NCBI RefSeq assembly: GCF_963921235.1
Contig: NC_086097.1
Location: 53,322,001 to 53,386,000, forward strand
Direction of reading: 5' to 3'
Source: Mobula hypostoma
Taxonomy: Eukaryota
DNA: 64,000 bases
Shown here: positions 38,495-51,630 of the stretch, one piece after another
How the letters are laid out: every line of letters starts with the position of its first letter
Position numbering within the stretch: position 1 is the stretch's first letter
Made by a program: the position numbers and the translations under genes
Notes under the pieces: model-generated
What the model was told of the DNA's origin: nothing
Databases searched by the model: none
The model's input: only the letters and a program-made list of their open reading frames with translations

Positions 38495-38985
38495 ACATCC
38501 TAGGAAGGATGTGAAGGTGTTAGAGAGCATCCAGAAAAGATTTACGAGAATGGTTCTTGTAATGAGGGTCTACAAAGATAGATTGCACATGCTAGGACAA
38601 TTATCTTGGAAGAAATAGATGGTAAAAGATTTAATAGAAGTATATAAACTGATGAAGGATTTGAACAGTGTGGATAGTGGGAGGCTGTGGTGGGTAGGTT
38701 GATCTAGAAATCACAAGTTTTAAATAAAGAGATGGGAATTAAGAGTGGCTTGAGAGAAAGCATTTTTATGCAATGGATGTTTGGAATCTAGAATGTGTCC
38801 TCTGGAAATGTGATGGAGGCAGGCTCCATTCTGGTCTTCAGGAAAAAAAAATCAATGAACATGTGGAAATCTACTGACAAGTTTGCAAAGCCATGGGGAA
38901 AAAGGCCAAGGGTTGGAAGTAGAGAATTGGCATGGATACAATGGGGCCAAACTGTGTCCTTCTGAGCTATAACTATTCTATGAAT
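38495..38985 (+). mobile_element. Old CR1 3' fragment
   Basis: aggaaggatgtgaaggtgttagagagcatccagaaaagatttac and a decayed CR1 tail. Confidence 0.7.
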
Positions 38986-39273
38986 TTAAGAACAAGATCC
39001 ATTCATGAAAGTCAGATATATAACTAGCAGTTCTGCACATGCTCAAGGGATTTGTTTCACCATATGGATCATTATATCTCTTTGTTCCTCTCTAAAACTC
39101 TTGTATTTAACCATGTGTCACTATCAAGATTATTGTGAAGGCCTGGCAGAATATTACTTCTTGACTAGGAAGGAGAAAGAAAAACAGGATATCCATTTCT
39201 TGTGTTGTTCCAATGATTACACGAAATTACAATCAAAGCAAAGGCATACTATATAAATGGAATGGGAACTCAC

Positions 39274-39423
39274 CACAGGGTCGGTTGGGTGAAATATATT
39301 GTATAACCGGCCACATATACTTTTTGGTAGAATGTGATCCTGTTGACCACTATTTTGAGGACGGAGGCCACGGAGTGCCAGAAAAACTGCTAAGGGGGAT
39401 CCCATGCAGAAAAAATTTTCAAC
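39274..39423 (-). CDS. DDHD1: DDHD1 coding exon (about exon 9), start of the DDHD domain
   Basis: 150 bp, cag/gtgagt; VENFFCMGSPLAVFLALRGLRPQNSGQQDHILPKSICGRLYNIFHPTDPV. Confidence 0.97.
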
Positions 39424-40919
39424 CTGCAATAAAGAGTTTCTGAATGTTACAAACAGAATCTCTCCTCATAATGCAGAAAGAAGCCATTTCTGAATTTGCA
39501 GATGACACTGAAAAATCCCTTTAGTTCCAACCTCACGCTACTCAATTCTCTCACTGGTCACTTATTATTGAAGTAAGTTATGGTGTAGCACTGGCTTGTC
39601 TTTAAAATGTGGGTGAACATCAGACCCCCATTCAGATACCAATGCAGATTCCACACCAGAAGCACTGCAAGTCAGAATTGAACACAGGTTGCTGGTACTG
39701 CAGGGTTCACTTCCTGGAAACTGTAACTGCAAGCATTCTGGACTGGAATGAGAATACAAGTGTTTTTATTTCCTCATTATTTGAATGGCTATGTTAATGA
39801 ACATATTAATGAATATATACTGAATAACACCTTGCCCAATTCAAGTGAGGCCACACGAGAAATAGAAACTGGAGTAGAAATTGGAACCTAATTTTAAACA
39901 TTTAAGATAAAATGACGATTATTTTCAAGGGCAAACCTCAGGTATCTCAGGAATCAGAGAGAATTATCCAGTCTGAAATTAAGTTAGCTGTAATGCGGTT
40001 TTCCATCGGAACCACTAATTCAACAGTTCAGGAAGTGCAAGTAACTACTGGGCATGTAAAATGCCAGTTCAGCTCCTTCTTATGCACACCATGTTGGACC
40101 TTCCAGGATTTTCCTGAACCACAATCATGCCTATTCCTGTATTTCTCTTAATAGCATGACACAAGACAACAGTGAGTGTCAACTAGAAACTTTAATCAAG
40201 TGCAGTGGAAGAATGTAAAGCTTTAGTGACAAATAGCGAAATCATTAAAAATGATTCCAGTTTTAATTGTGTCTGCAACTGTTAACGGATATGGAAAATT
40301 GTCTTCATTGTGCTATAGCTATAGTGGTTATTGCTTAGCTTCCCATTTTTAATTGTTTTGTGTTAAAATACTTGTTTTTGTTTTACTGCGGTGCCCAGGG
40401 AATGGAAAAAAAATACTTGCTGCAGTTAATTAAACTCAAGAATGTTTGCAGATGCAGTTTCTAGGAAATGAATCCTGAATTGTGACTTCCTAATTAAATT
40501 TCGTTATGCCATTGTTTTCAAATTGACAAATTGCGGCAAATTGACACAGCTGGTATAGCTGCTGTCCCACAGCTCAAGCAATCTGTGTTCAATTCTGACT
40601 TGTGGTGCTGCCCGTTAGAAATTTGCTTATTTACATCTGCATCAGTTTCTCTTTGGGGGTCTGTTTTTCACCCATGTCTCAGAGACATGCAATTAATTAC
40701 AGCAGCCTTAAGCTCAAATCAGCAAAACTAAATGGATGATTGAAGTCATTTTTGCAGTCTTAACACAAACTATCAACAAGCTAACAATGGTATGATACAG
40801 AGAGACTTTATACCAGTCACCGAAATATAGCCATGCTTAACTTTAAAACAAAACTTGTTGACAAAAAAAGATGCCAGCTCACAAAGTCCGTTATTCAAAT
40901 TATAAATCACTAGACTCAC

Positions 40920-40995
40920 CTTAAATTTCAAGGCAGGTAATTTGAGTGGCGCTGAAGCTTTCACTTGCAGTAATTTGTGCTCTAATTGTTTTAAT
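40920..40995 (-). CDS. DDHD1: DDHD1 coding exon (about exon 8)
   Basis: 76 bp, cag/gtgagt; LKQLEHKLLQVKASAPLKLPALKFK; phase 2 to 0 as required. Confidence 0.93.
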
Positions 40996-42094
40996 CTGTG
41001 AAATTATATTTTAATATCAATGGATGCCCAAATAGAAACACACTGCAAATATTTATGCTTTGCTATTAAATCAAACTCCCTAGAAGTTCTTCAAATTGTT
41101 GTTCTTTGCTGTCAATAGATATCAATAAAATATGGCTACAGTTGCAGCTATATCCATTTCTTAGAAATATGTTCAAGTTCGTAACAAATGTGGTATAATA
41201 ATTATTGTATTTAAACAGTTCAGCATATATAAAAACCTACAGATCCCTCTCTTAGTCTTCCTGGCATCATACATGCAAAATCATATCACATTAGTGGCAA
41301 GATTTGCAAAAATTACTCACACAGCAAACTCATTTTGTCACTGGAAAGTACATATAATTTTCTCAATGTGTTTAACTTTATGTCATAATACATTTCCTAG
41401 AAGCTGTTCCATTACCCATGTTAAGCTGTCTGGTTCATGGTTAAATGATTTACATTTTCTTGCTCTTTGAATTAAAGCATTACAGTGACAAATTACCAAT
41501 CTTTTGATATAATTTTCCTATGCAAGGAAACGTGGAAATCTTGCTCCAAGTCTCTTATTCTCTCCCCAAATAATCTTAACATTCATTCTATCAGAATCCT
41601 GTAGTTCTTCTGTTAACATTTTAATCCTGCTTCCTAAACTATAATTATCCCAATTTATTTGCCATCTTCCCCTGTTGAATTCTTCCACTCTAATGAAAAA
41701 CAGAGTTATAAACTCATATATATCTCAGGCATTTCTGCAACCTCCATGTAAAGATTCCTTGTCCTCAGTTGGCCCTTCTTAAGTACTAATTATTTTGTTT
41801 TTGTAAACAATATATTCTTTGAGGTTCCTATTTCAGGAGAATCTGGAATATCAATTATACTCTCCCTTCTGAGACAGAGGGTTTAAGTCCTAGTCCAGAG
41901 AATTGAGCACAAAATCGAGACTGACACCAGTGCATCACTGAGTGAATGCTATCCACTGATGACCTCTCCATTGAGGCAAAATGTGTAAGGAATCAAATAC
42001 CATCTCTAGTAAACTTGAATTCCCATCACTGTATTTCAAGCACTGGTCTATTCACGGCTAACATTTTTTGCTTGAACCACTTCCCAAAACAGAT

Positions 42095-42920
42095 CAAAGT
42101 TCAGAATAAATTTATTATCAAAGTGCATATGCACCAAATACTACCTTGAGATTCATTTTCTTGTATGCATTTACAGGAAAAAGATACTACAAAAAACTAG
42201 ACCTAAACAGAAAACTGACAAACTAACGTGCAGAAGATAAATTGCAAAAATAATACTGAGAACAGGAGTTGAAAAGAGTCCTTGAAAGTGAGCCTGTAGG
42301 TCATAAAATCAGTTCAGAATAGTGGTAAGTGAACTTACCCACAGCACTTCTGGAGCCGGATGCTTGAAGGGTATTAACTGTTTGAGAACCTGGTATTGAG
42401 AGATCTAAGGCTTCTGTAACTCCTGCCCGATGAGACAGCGAGAAGAGAGCACGGCCTAGATGATGGGGGCCTTTGCTGATGGATGCTGCTTTCTTGTGGC
42501 AGTGTTCCATATAAATGTACTCAATGATGGAGAGGGCTTTGCCTGTGATGGACTGGGCTGTATCTACTACTTTCTGCAGTCTGTTTCTATGCCAGACCAT
42601 GATGCAACCAGTTAATGCACTCTCCACTGCACATCTACAGAAGTTTGTCAGTTTTTGGTGATTACCAAATCTACAGAACTTCTAAGAAAATAGAGGCTTT
42701 GTCGTGTCTTCTTTGTGATGACTCTTATGTACTAGACCTAGGACAGGTCTTCCAATATGTTAACAGCAAATAATTTAAAGTTGCTGACCCTCTGCACCTG
42801 CAATCTCCTGATGAGGACTGGCTCATGGACTTCTAGCGTTTTTCCGCATGTAGTTGATAATCAGCTCTTTGATTTTGCTGACATTGAGTGCGAGGATGTT
42901 GTTGTAGCACCACTCAAAAG
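42095..42920 (-). mobile_element. Rex1/Babar LINE 3' fragment
   Basis: ESALTGCIMVW..LQKVVDTAQSITG..; homologous to 47690-48480. Confidence 0.85.
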
Positions 42921-43590
42921 ATGAGCTGAGCATTTACTTTGTTGCTGTTTATGAAGTTTGCTGCTTGCTGATTGGCTGCCATATTTTCATCAATGCGATG
43001 GCAACTACAATGCTAAAAGACTTCAGTTGTTGGCAACACCTTTGGGACATCCAGGCTTTATTAAGTTCTCCTCTTCTTTTGTTGTTTGGCAAAAAGATAA
43101 TCTGCTGATCAGTACCTTCCAGACTGATGCCAATAATGAAGGCAAACAGCAGAGTTGTCAAGATCATGCAGATTACCTCAAATGTATCAAATTAGCAAAA
43201 TCCTAAATTGCACTGACACAATTTTTCAAAGTATTTACATTCTTTGGAAAACATAGCTGTCAGTTTTGTGCTATGTAGTTTATAAACACTTTTCCTTGGC
43301 TTTACTTGGTAAAAAGCAAAACATAAATTTAATGAATAATAAAAAAAATTGTTCCTGCAATGTCTTTTTTTGTACTCTGATCATCTCACGTGCATCCAGG
43401 CTAAGCAAACATGAGAAAGCACATTTTCCAACTGCATTATCCAATATAAACCATATTCAAAGCCATAAGTGCCAATGATTTTTACTTTACTTATTACTAA
43501 CATTTGCCAATCTAGAATGTCAACACACCTAACATTGATAAATCATAACTTTTCCACAATTCTAGCCATCAACCATTTAGAAGTCCTTAC

Positions 43591-43850
43591 CGTTGCTTAG
43601 TCTTGAGAATATCATCCAGAAGTTCACGTTCCTCAAAACTCATGGAACTTTCTGCTCTCTCTTCTTCCTCATGGACCATTTTATCATAAAACCTCACTGG
43701 ATACCATCCAGTCATAATATCATAAGTGATTACACAACCTAAAGAGTGGGCTACTATTGAGACTTTCCCACCTTGGACTTCAAAGTCTGGGTTTCGAGAA
43801 CAAAACAGCTCATATAATCGATTTAGCTCCTGCTGTAGACCTTTTACAAT
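43591..43850 (-). CDS. DDHD1: DDHD1 coding exon (about exon 7) with the catalytic lipase serine
   Basis: 260 bp, cag/gtaagg; IVKGLQQELNRLYELFCSRNPDFEVQGGKVSIVAHSLGCVITYDIMTGW...KTKQR; AHSLG lipase box. Confidence 0.97.
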
Positions 43851-43945
43851 CTGGTAGGGGACAAAAAAAAACATAAATGATCTGTCTACTCTTCATTAAT
43901 CACGTTTTGTGCAAATTATACAAATACAATGAGACCCACATTATC

Positions 43946-44091
43946 CCCCTCCCCCTCCAACTTTCAAATCCCTTACTCACTCTTCCTTCAGTTAGTCCTG
44001 ACGAAGGGTCTCGGCCTGAAACGTCGACTGCACCTCTTCCTACAGATGCTGCCTGGCCTGCTGCGTTCACCAGCAACTTTGATGTATGTTG
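43946..44091 (+). mobile_element. Short Penelope-like 3' insert
   Basis: Perfect 11-bp TSD CCCACATTATC at 43935-43945 and 44092-44102. Confidence 0.88.
43994..44029 (+). ncRNA. Minimal type-I hammerhead ribozyme motif
   Basis: AGTC-CTGACGA-A-GGGT-ctcg-GCCT-GAAA-CG-TC-GACT. Confidence 0.7.
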
Positions 44092-44329
44092 CCCACATTA
44101 TCAACATTCATTTAATTCTATACTAGTGTAAATACGCTAACTCCGAATGATATGCTGCTGTTCATCAATTCCAGATGTAGTATTATGTTAAAAAAGCATG
44201 CAGCTATTTAATTTAATATGGAATTATAACTGGATATGAAAATGTAAATGATATTCCTAATCCAATAGATTTCATATACAAATTTTAAAATACACTATAA
44301 TTCAATAATAGATTGGGTGGTACAACTCA

Positions 44330-46436
44330 CCTTGTAATAGCATTGGAGAGGGATAGGAACAGACAAGTTAGGAAAGCGTTTAATTGGAGTAAGGGGAAAT
44401 ATGAAGCTCTCAGGCAGGAACTTGGAACCATAAATTGGGAACAGATGTTCTCAGGGAAATGTATGGCAGAAATGTGGCAAATGTTCAGGGGATATTTGCA
44501 TGAAGTTCTGCATAGGTATGTTCCAATGAGACAGGGAAAGGATTGTAGGGTACAGGAACTGTGGTATACAAAGGCTGTTGAAAATCTAGTCAAGAAGAAA
44601 AGGTTACTTAAGGTTCAAAAAGCTAGGTAATGATAGAGATCTAGAGGATCATAAGGCTAGCAGAAAGGAGCTTAAGAATGAAATTAAGAGAGCCAGAAGG
44701 GGCCATGAGAAGGCCTTGGCAGGCAGGATTAAGGAAAATCCCAAGACATTCTATAAGTATGTGAAGAGCAAGAGGATAAGAAGTGAGAGAATAGGACCAA
44801 TCAAGTGTGACAGTGGACAAGTGTGTATGGAACCAGAGGAGACAGCAGAGGTACTTAATGAATATTTTGCTTCAGTATTCACTACGAAAAAGGATCTTGG
44901 CGATTGTAGGGATGACTTAAGGTGGACTGAAAAGCTTGAGCATATAGATATTAAGGAAGAGGATGTGCTTTTGGAAAGCATCAAGATAGCTAAGTCACCG
45001 GGACCAGACGAGATGTACCCCAGGCTACTGTGGGAAGCGAGGGAGGAGATTGCTGGGCCTCTGGCGATGATCTTTGCATCATCAATGGGGATGGGAGAGG
45101 TTTTGGAGGATTGGAGGGTTGCAGATTTTGTTCCCTTATTCAAGAAAGGGAGTAGAAATAGCCAAGGAAATTATAGACCAGTGAGTCTTACTACAGTGGT
45201 TGGTAAGTTGATGGAAAAGACCCTGAGAGGCAGGATTTAAAAACATTTGGACAGACATAATATGAGTAGGAATAGTCAGCATGGCGTGCCTTATGAGCCT
45301 GATTGAATTCTTTGAGGATGTGTAGTGTATATGGATTTCAGCAAGGCATTTGATACCCCATGCAAAGCTTATTGAAAAAGTAAGGAAGCATGGGATCCAA
45401 GGGGACATTGCTTTGTGGATTCAGAATTGGCGTCCACAGAAGGCAAAGAGTGGTTGTAGATGGGTCATATTCTGCATGGAGGTCGGTGACCAGTGGTGTG
45501 CCTCAGGGATCTGTTCTGGGACTCCTTCTCTTTGTGATTTTTATAAATGACCTAGATGAGAAAGTGGAGGGATGGGTTAGCAAATTTGCTGATGACACAA
45601 AGGTTGAGGGTTTTGTGGATAGTTTGGAGGGCTGTCAGAAGTTACAGCGGGACATCGATAGGATGCAAAACTGGGCTGAGAAGTGGCAGATGGAGTTCAA
45701 CCTAGATAAGTATGAGGTGGTTCATTTTGGTAGGTCAAATATGATGGCAGAATTTAGCATTAATGGTAAGACTCTTGGCAGTGTGGAGGATCAGAGGGAT
45801 CTTGGAGGTCCGAATCCATAGGATGCTCAAAGCAACTGTGCAGGCTGACTCTGTGGTTAAGAAGGCATACGGTGTATTGACCTTCACTGACCCCACTTGG
45901 AGTACTGTGCTCAGTTCTGGTCGCCTCACTACAGGAAGGATGTGGAAAATAGACAGGGTACAGAGGAGATTTACAAGGATGCTGCCAGGATTGGGGAGCA
46001 TGCCTTATGAAAATAGGTTGAGTGAACTCGGCCTTTTCTCCTTGGAGCGACGGAGGATGAGAGGTGACCTGACAGGTGAGTAAGACGATGAGAGTCATTG
46101 ATCGTGTGGATAGTCAGAGGCTTTTTCCCAGGGCTGAAATGGCTAACATGAGAGGGCACAGTTTTAAGGTGCTTGGAAGTAGGTACAGAGGGGATGTCAG
46201 GGGTAAGTTGCTTGTTTTTTTCCGCAGAGAATGATGAGTGCGTGGAATGGGCTGCTGGTGACGGTGGTGGAGGCGGATATTATAGGGTCTTTAGAGAGAC
46301 ACCTGGACTGGTACATGGAGCTTAGAAAAATAGAGGGCTATGGGTAACCCTAGGCAATTTCTAAAGTAAGTACATGTTCGGCACAGCATTGTGGGCTGAA
46401 GGACCTGTATTGTGCTGTAGGTTTTCTACGTTTCTA
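44330..46436 (+). mobile_element. CR1 LINE ORF2 relic (about 2.1 kb)
   Basis: KSPGPDEMYPR, NYRPVSLT, SGVPQGSVLG, KFADDTK motifs with indels; complete 3' tail. Confidence 0.95.
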
Positions 46437-46439
46437 ATT

Positions 46440-46666
46440 TGTAGAACTCGTGCCTTGCAATGCCAGAGACTGGAATTAAATTAAGACCATGAATAATGTG
46501 TGCGGTTGGCATGGTTTCCTTGTGACCACATGCTCCAGTTTTCTAATGCACCTCAAGTCATGACGACTGGCAGGTTAATTGGTTATTGTAATTGCTCCTA
46601 GTGTGTAGGTGAGTGGCAAGGACAGCGAGCCAAAGGGCCCATTTCCACACTGTACATCTCTATGAC
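46440..46666 (+). mobile_element. Decayed V-SINE
   Basis: atggtttcc..tgctccagttttct..gttaattgg..tgtaattgctcctagtgtgtaggtgagtgg. Confidence 0.65.
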
Positions 46667-47624
46667 CAATCTTGGTCAACTGTTGATTAACTGGAACCAA
46701 CACAACAGCATATTTTTGTGCACTTATCGGCAGACTCAAATTACATCAATAAGCAGATGTAAGATACAGCCTAATAGCTAGTTCCTGTTCAGACAGAGCT
46801 CAAATATTTATCCTCAGAGTTAACAGATCCAAAAATTCTGAATATTATTTTCCTCTAGCTAATGTGTTTTAATAAGCTTAATTCAGTCCATTAAATGACT
46901 ACTGCAGGCAAAATAGGTTTGTTTTAGCAACTGATGTTAGAGAAATTTAAATACACATGCTGTCTGGTTGTTCTTGGGCGCTACAAGAATGAAGAATTGT
47001 ATGGCATTACCAATTTAAAGTCGAGGATTACTGACAGCATAGAAAGCAAACAGACTTAAATCCAACCCAAATCCTATTAACTTCCTAATCAACAGGTCTT
47101 ATCCCTACTTATATCCTTGCACAATGAAACTTTAATTCCATCCATCTTTTCTGTGTGCAGGTTGTCTCAATAAATCAAGACTGACTTAAAACTTGAGTCA
47201 CTACACTTGAATTCTGTTATTATAGCTGTAAGACATCTATCTTCCAGCCTGAACAACAGCAGTTTCCATTGTTTTTTAATACTCACTCTACGCTTGTAAA
47301 ATTGTAGGAAGGCTTCTGGAGATTCAAAGGGTTCAAAGTACATTTATAATTATTAAGGCCAATATTATTATAAATATACACAAATGTATGCAAACTAAAC
47401 TAGCATAATTGATTTATTTGATGTCAAGGTGCAGTTATTTTTCAAAAGTATTTTTAACATCCAAGTTTTATTGCCAGAAAAGCAAAGACGTTTAATTTAA
47501 AAGTTCCAACATATTTTGATCACTGCTTTTCTATAGGTTAGGTGTCTGTCATTGCTGTAGAGAAAAGGCTGTGCTTGCTTTGGAACTGGACCCCCCCCAC
47601 CCCGTACCTCCCCTCCCACCCCCC

Positions 47625-47629
<5 letters not shown>

Positions 47630-47667
<38 letters not shown>
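47630..47667 (+). repeat. (CA)n microsatellite
   Basis: About 19 uninterrupted AC units. Confidence 0.95.
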
Positions 47668-47669
<2 letters not shown>

Positions 47670-47685
47670 AACCACGCAGACATGC

Positions 47686-49800
47686 TCAAAGTTCAAAGTA
47701 AAACTTATTACCAGAATACATACATATCACCACATACAACTTTGAGATTTTTTCTTTGCAGGCATACTTAGCAAATCTATAGAATAACTGTAAACATCAG
47801 GAACTGTTACCTGTAAACAAACTGTGCAAATGCAGATATAAATAGATAGCAATAAATAATGAGCATGAAATAACAATATAACAGAGTCCTTAAATGAGTG
47901 TAGCTATCCCCTTTTGTTCAAGAGCCTAATGGTTGAGGGGTAGTAACTGTTCTTGAATCTGGTGGTGCAAGTCCTGAGGCACCTGTACCTTCTACCTGAT
48001 GGCACCAGTGAGAGAAGAACATTGCCTGGGTGGTCAGGATCTTTGATGATGGAAGCTGCTTTTCTCCAGCACCATTTCATGTAGGTGTGTTCAATGGTTG
48101 GGAAAGTTTTACCTCCTTGGGTAGGATTTTTCATTCAAAGGCATTGGTGTTCCCATACCAGGCTGTAATGCAGCCAGTCAGCACACTTTCCATCACACAT
48201 CTATAGAAGTTTACCAAGGTTTCAATGACATGCCAAACCTCCACAGACTCTTGAGGAAGTCGAGGTGCTGTCGTACTTTCATTGCAATAATATTTATATG
48301 ATAAGTCCAGGACAGGTCCTCTGAGACAGTGACACCCAAGAATTTAAAGTTGGTGACCCTCTCCCACCTCCAATCCTCTGATAATTACAGGCTCATGGAC
48401 CTCTGGTTTCCCTCTCCTGAAGTCTACAAGTCTTAGTCTTATTGACAATAAGTGAGAGGTTGTTGTTATTACACCACTCAGCCAAATTTTCAATCTCTCT
48501 CCTGAATGCTGATTCATCACCCCCTTTGATACAGCCCACAACAGTGGTGTTGTCGGTAAACTTGTATATGGTATTGGAGCTGTACTCAGCCACACAGTCA
48601 TAGGTGTAAAGTGAGTGGAGCAGGGGGCTACGTACTCATCCCTGTGGTGCTCTTGTGCTGGTGGAGATTGTGAAGGAGATGTTTTTGCCAATCCAAACTG
48701 ACTGGGGTCTACAAGTGAGGAAACCCAGCATCCAGTTGCACAAGGGGGTATTGAGGCCCAGATCTTGGAGCTTACTGATTAGTTTTGAGGGGTTACTGGT
48801 GTTAAATGCCAAGCTGTAAATCGATAAAGAACATCCTAGTATATGTACCTTTGCTGTCCAGGTGTTCCAGGGTTGTGTGAGGAACCAATGAGACAGCATC
48901 TGCTGTAGTCCTGTTGGTTTGGTAGGCAAATTGGAGCGGATCCAAGTCACCTTTCGCATAGGAGCTGATATGTTTCAGCACTAACCTCTCAAAACACTTC
49001 ATCAATGTGTATGTTAGTGACACTGGGTGATAGTCATTCAGAGAAGTTACCACACTCTTCTTGGGCACCGGTCTGATTGAAGCCGGCTTGAAGCAGGTGG
49101 GTACCACACATTGCTGGAGCAAGAGATTGAAGCTATCTGTGAATACATCAGCCATTTGGTCAGCACAGGTCTTCAGTACTAAGCCAGGTACTCTGTTCAG
49201 ACTGGATGCTTTCCCTGGATTCACCACCTTGAAGGCAGCCTGCACGTCATCTTCAGATACTGAGACCAAAGGATCATCAGGAGACATGGAGATGTGTGAT
49301 GATTCCTCCCTGTTCTGGTGACCAAAGTGAGCATAGAAGGCATTGAGTTCATCTGGAAGCGAAGCTCTGCTGTCCCCTCTGTTGCAAGATTTAGCTTTGT
49401 ATCAGGTTATGTCATTCAAACCCTGCCAAAGCTGTCGAGCATCTCTCGTTGATTCCAGTCTAGTCTGGAATCTCCACTTTGCCCGAGAGATGCTTTCCGG
49501 AGATCATACCTGCACCTCTTGTAGCATTCTTGATCTCCAGACTTGAATGCCTCTGACCTGGCTCTCAGCAGGTTTCAGATTTCATTGCTCATCCAGAGTT
49601 TCTGATTGGGGGAAACACTGAATGATTTTGTGTAACACACTCATCCACAGCTGTTTTAATAAGTCTGTAACCACCTTGGTGTAGTCATTCAGGTCCTCAG
49701 ATGAGTTTTGAACAAGGCCCAGTCGACTGATTCAATGCAATCCTGTAACTATTCCTCAGCCTCCCGCGACCACCTCTTGGTTGTCTTAATTTCTGGAGTC
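47686..49800 (-). mobile_element. Rex1/Babar LINE relic (about 2.1 kb)
   Basis: [60 protein letters not shown]; tail TTRFKNSYYPSTIRLLN. Confidence 0.9.
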
Positions 49801-50239
49801 TTTCTCTTTAGGTTCTATCTGTATGCAGATAGGAGTACAGACAAATGATCCGACTTGCCAAAATGGACCTGTATTTCCCACCAGAGCTCTAGCCTTATAT
49901 CTTCCTAGCCTCATACAACCCAAAAGTAGCACTGTCCACACAGTCTCATGGGTCTGGCTTGCTCTTCTTTCAGTAAACATGCTTCTTCTCTCCCCCCCCC
50001 CCCCACTTACAACTGTGACACCTTTGATACGTTGACAGTTTCCAATTTCTTGGTCCCAACTGGCTCATCTTTACCATGGAATTACAATCCCTCCACATAG
50101 CTCCATCCCACTCCACGATGCTCCTGGGGCTCTTTGCTTCTTCCTTGGTGAAGTCCAACTGGATCCCCTTTACCAACATATTCAATATCTGGCTGAACTC
50201 TTTCTGACAATGAGCAACTTCTACTTCAGTTCTATTTAG

Positions 50240-50895
50240 TAGGAGGGGAGGAGAAGATGGCGGTGCGACGCAGCCCGTGCGGCCGCTCTGAATGGATATT
50301 GTATTTGTTAAGTAGGGGCCGTACACAATCCTGATTTGATGGAGATGGATGTGAGAAGCATGGAGGAACATCTGGAGAAACTTCTGAAATGCCTGCTTCG
50401 CTGCTGCTGCTACTGTGTGATCGAGAATCTCTGGAGGGGAAGGCCCCAAATCCTCAGCTTTGCCTATTGCCGGGGTCAAAGCGCTCGGCAGAGATGGTGC
50501 TTGGTGTTGGGAGCTCGAAGTTTTCGGACGGACTCAGAGTCGGACTGTGGTCGGGTGCTTCCAGGATGCTGCATCGGCAAGTTTGCGGCGCTGGAAGCTC
50601 ATGGCAGGGAGAGTTTCTCCCTTCTACCGTCTGCGTGAGATGATGGGACTTTCGAGAGACTTTGAGACTTTTTTAAAAACCGTGCCCATGGTCTGTTCTT
50701 CATCAAATTACGATATTGTTTTGCACTGTTGGAACTGTGTTACAATTATGTGGTTCTCGTCAGTTTTTTTTGAAGTCTTGGTTTGTTTTGTGTTTCTGTG
50801 ATATCATTCTGGAGGAACAAATTGTATCATTTCTTAATGCATGCATTACTAAATGGCAATAAAGGAGGACTGCGTGTCCTCATAATCTATTCTGA
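50240..50895 (+). mobile_element. Relatively young CpG-retaining interspersed repeat, unclassified (likely non-autonomous LINE derivative)
   Basis: Starts with AAGATGGCGG, retains CpGs, ends with a T-rich stretch, AATAAA and a short aatct-type tail. Confidence 0.55.
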
Positions 50896-50899
50896 TCTA

Positions 50900-51630
50900 C
50901 ATGAAAAGTGTAGCCTCAGGAACTCACATGGGCTCAACTTATGTTCATTTATTTGTAGGAAATATGAAACAATCTTCATTTTGGTCCAAATTGATGATTG
51001 TCCTGTTGCTGCTTCCTGTATTGGTACAGCCCTCATGTTTGCTCTCAGTAAGAACACTATTCCATTCTCCCACTTCCTTTGTCTCTGTTCTAATAATGTC
51101 ACTTCTCCCTCAACTATGGCTTCCCCACTGCATATTTCACAGAGATTTCAACTATAACTAAATTATTTCTCACACGTATGTTCACATCCTTTCCGTTCTC
51201 TGCTTGGACAGAGCACAGGGTAGAGCTGCTCTGTTCCTCGCTTTTCACCATATTTAATAGAATATTCTTCACAATTTCTGCCATCTTCAATGCAATTCCA
51301 CTACCAGACATCCTCCCCGTCCTCTCAAAGCAACATTCTGAAAAAAACCGTTCACTTCGTGACTTCCTGTTCTAATCTTCAATCTCTAGCCATTGCCCTT
51401 CCCATGGCACTTTCCAAACAACTACAGGAGATACACTACCTGTTCTTTTACCACCATCTTGCCAGATGGTCTTTTCAGGTGAAAGAGTAATGAATAGCAC
51501 TTTTTCCAATCTAATGTAGATCAACAACGGAGAAACCAAATGCTGATTGGGTAATGGTTCTGCAGAGAACCCATGGTCAGTTTGTAGGGGTTATCCTGAG
51601 CTGCCTTTTACTTTAATTGTCCATCCCCTT
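50900..51630 (+). mobile_element. Highly decayed Penelope-like fragment
   Basis: RT-like 'VASGTHMGSTYVHLFVG' (compare GxxMGPxYACLFVG) and colinearity with 56157-57090. Confidence 0.6.

Noticed and set aside
44716..45821. Long RT-like ORFs (174 aa, 143 aa)
   Set aside because: Frameshifted CR1 ORF2 remnants, not host genes or an intact element
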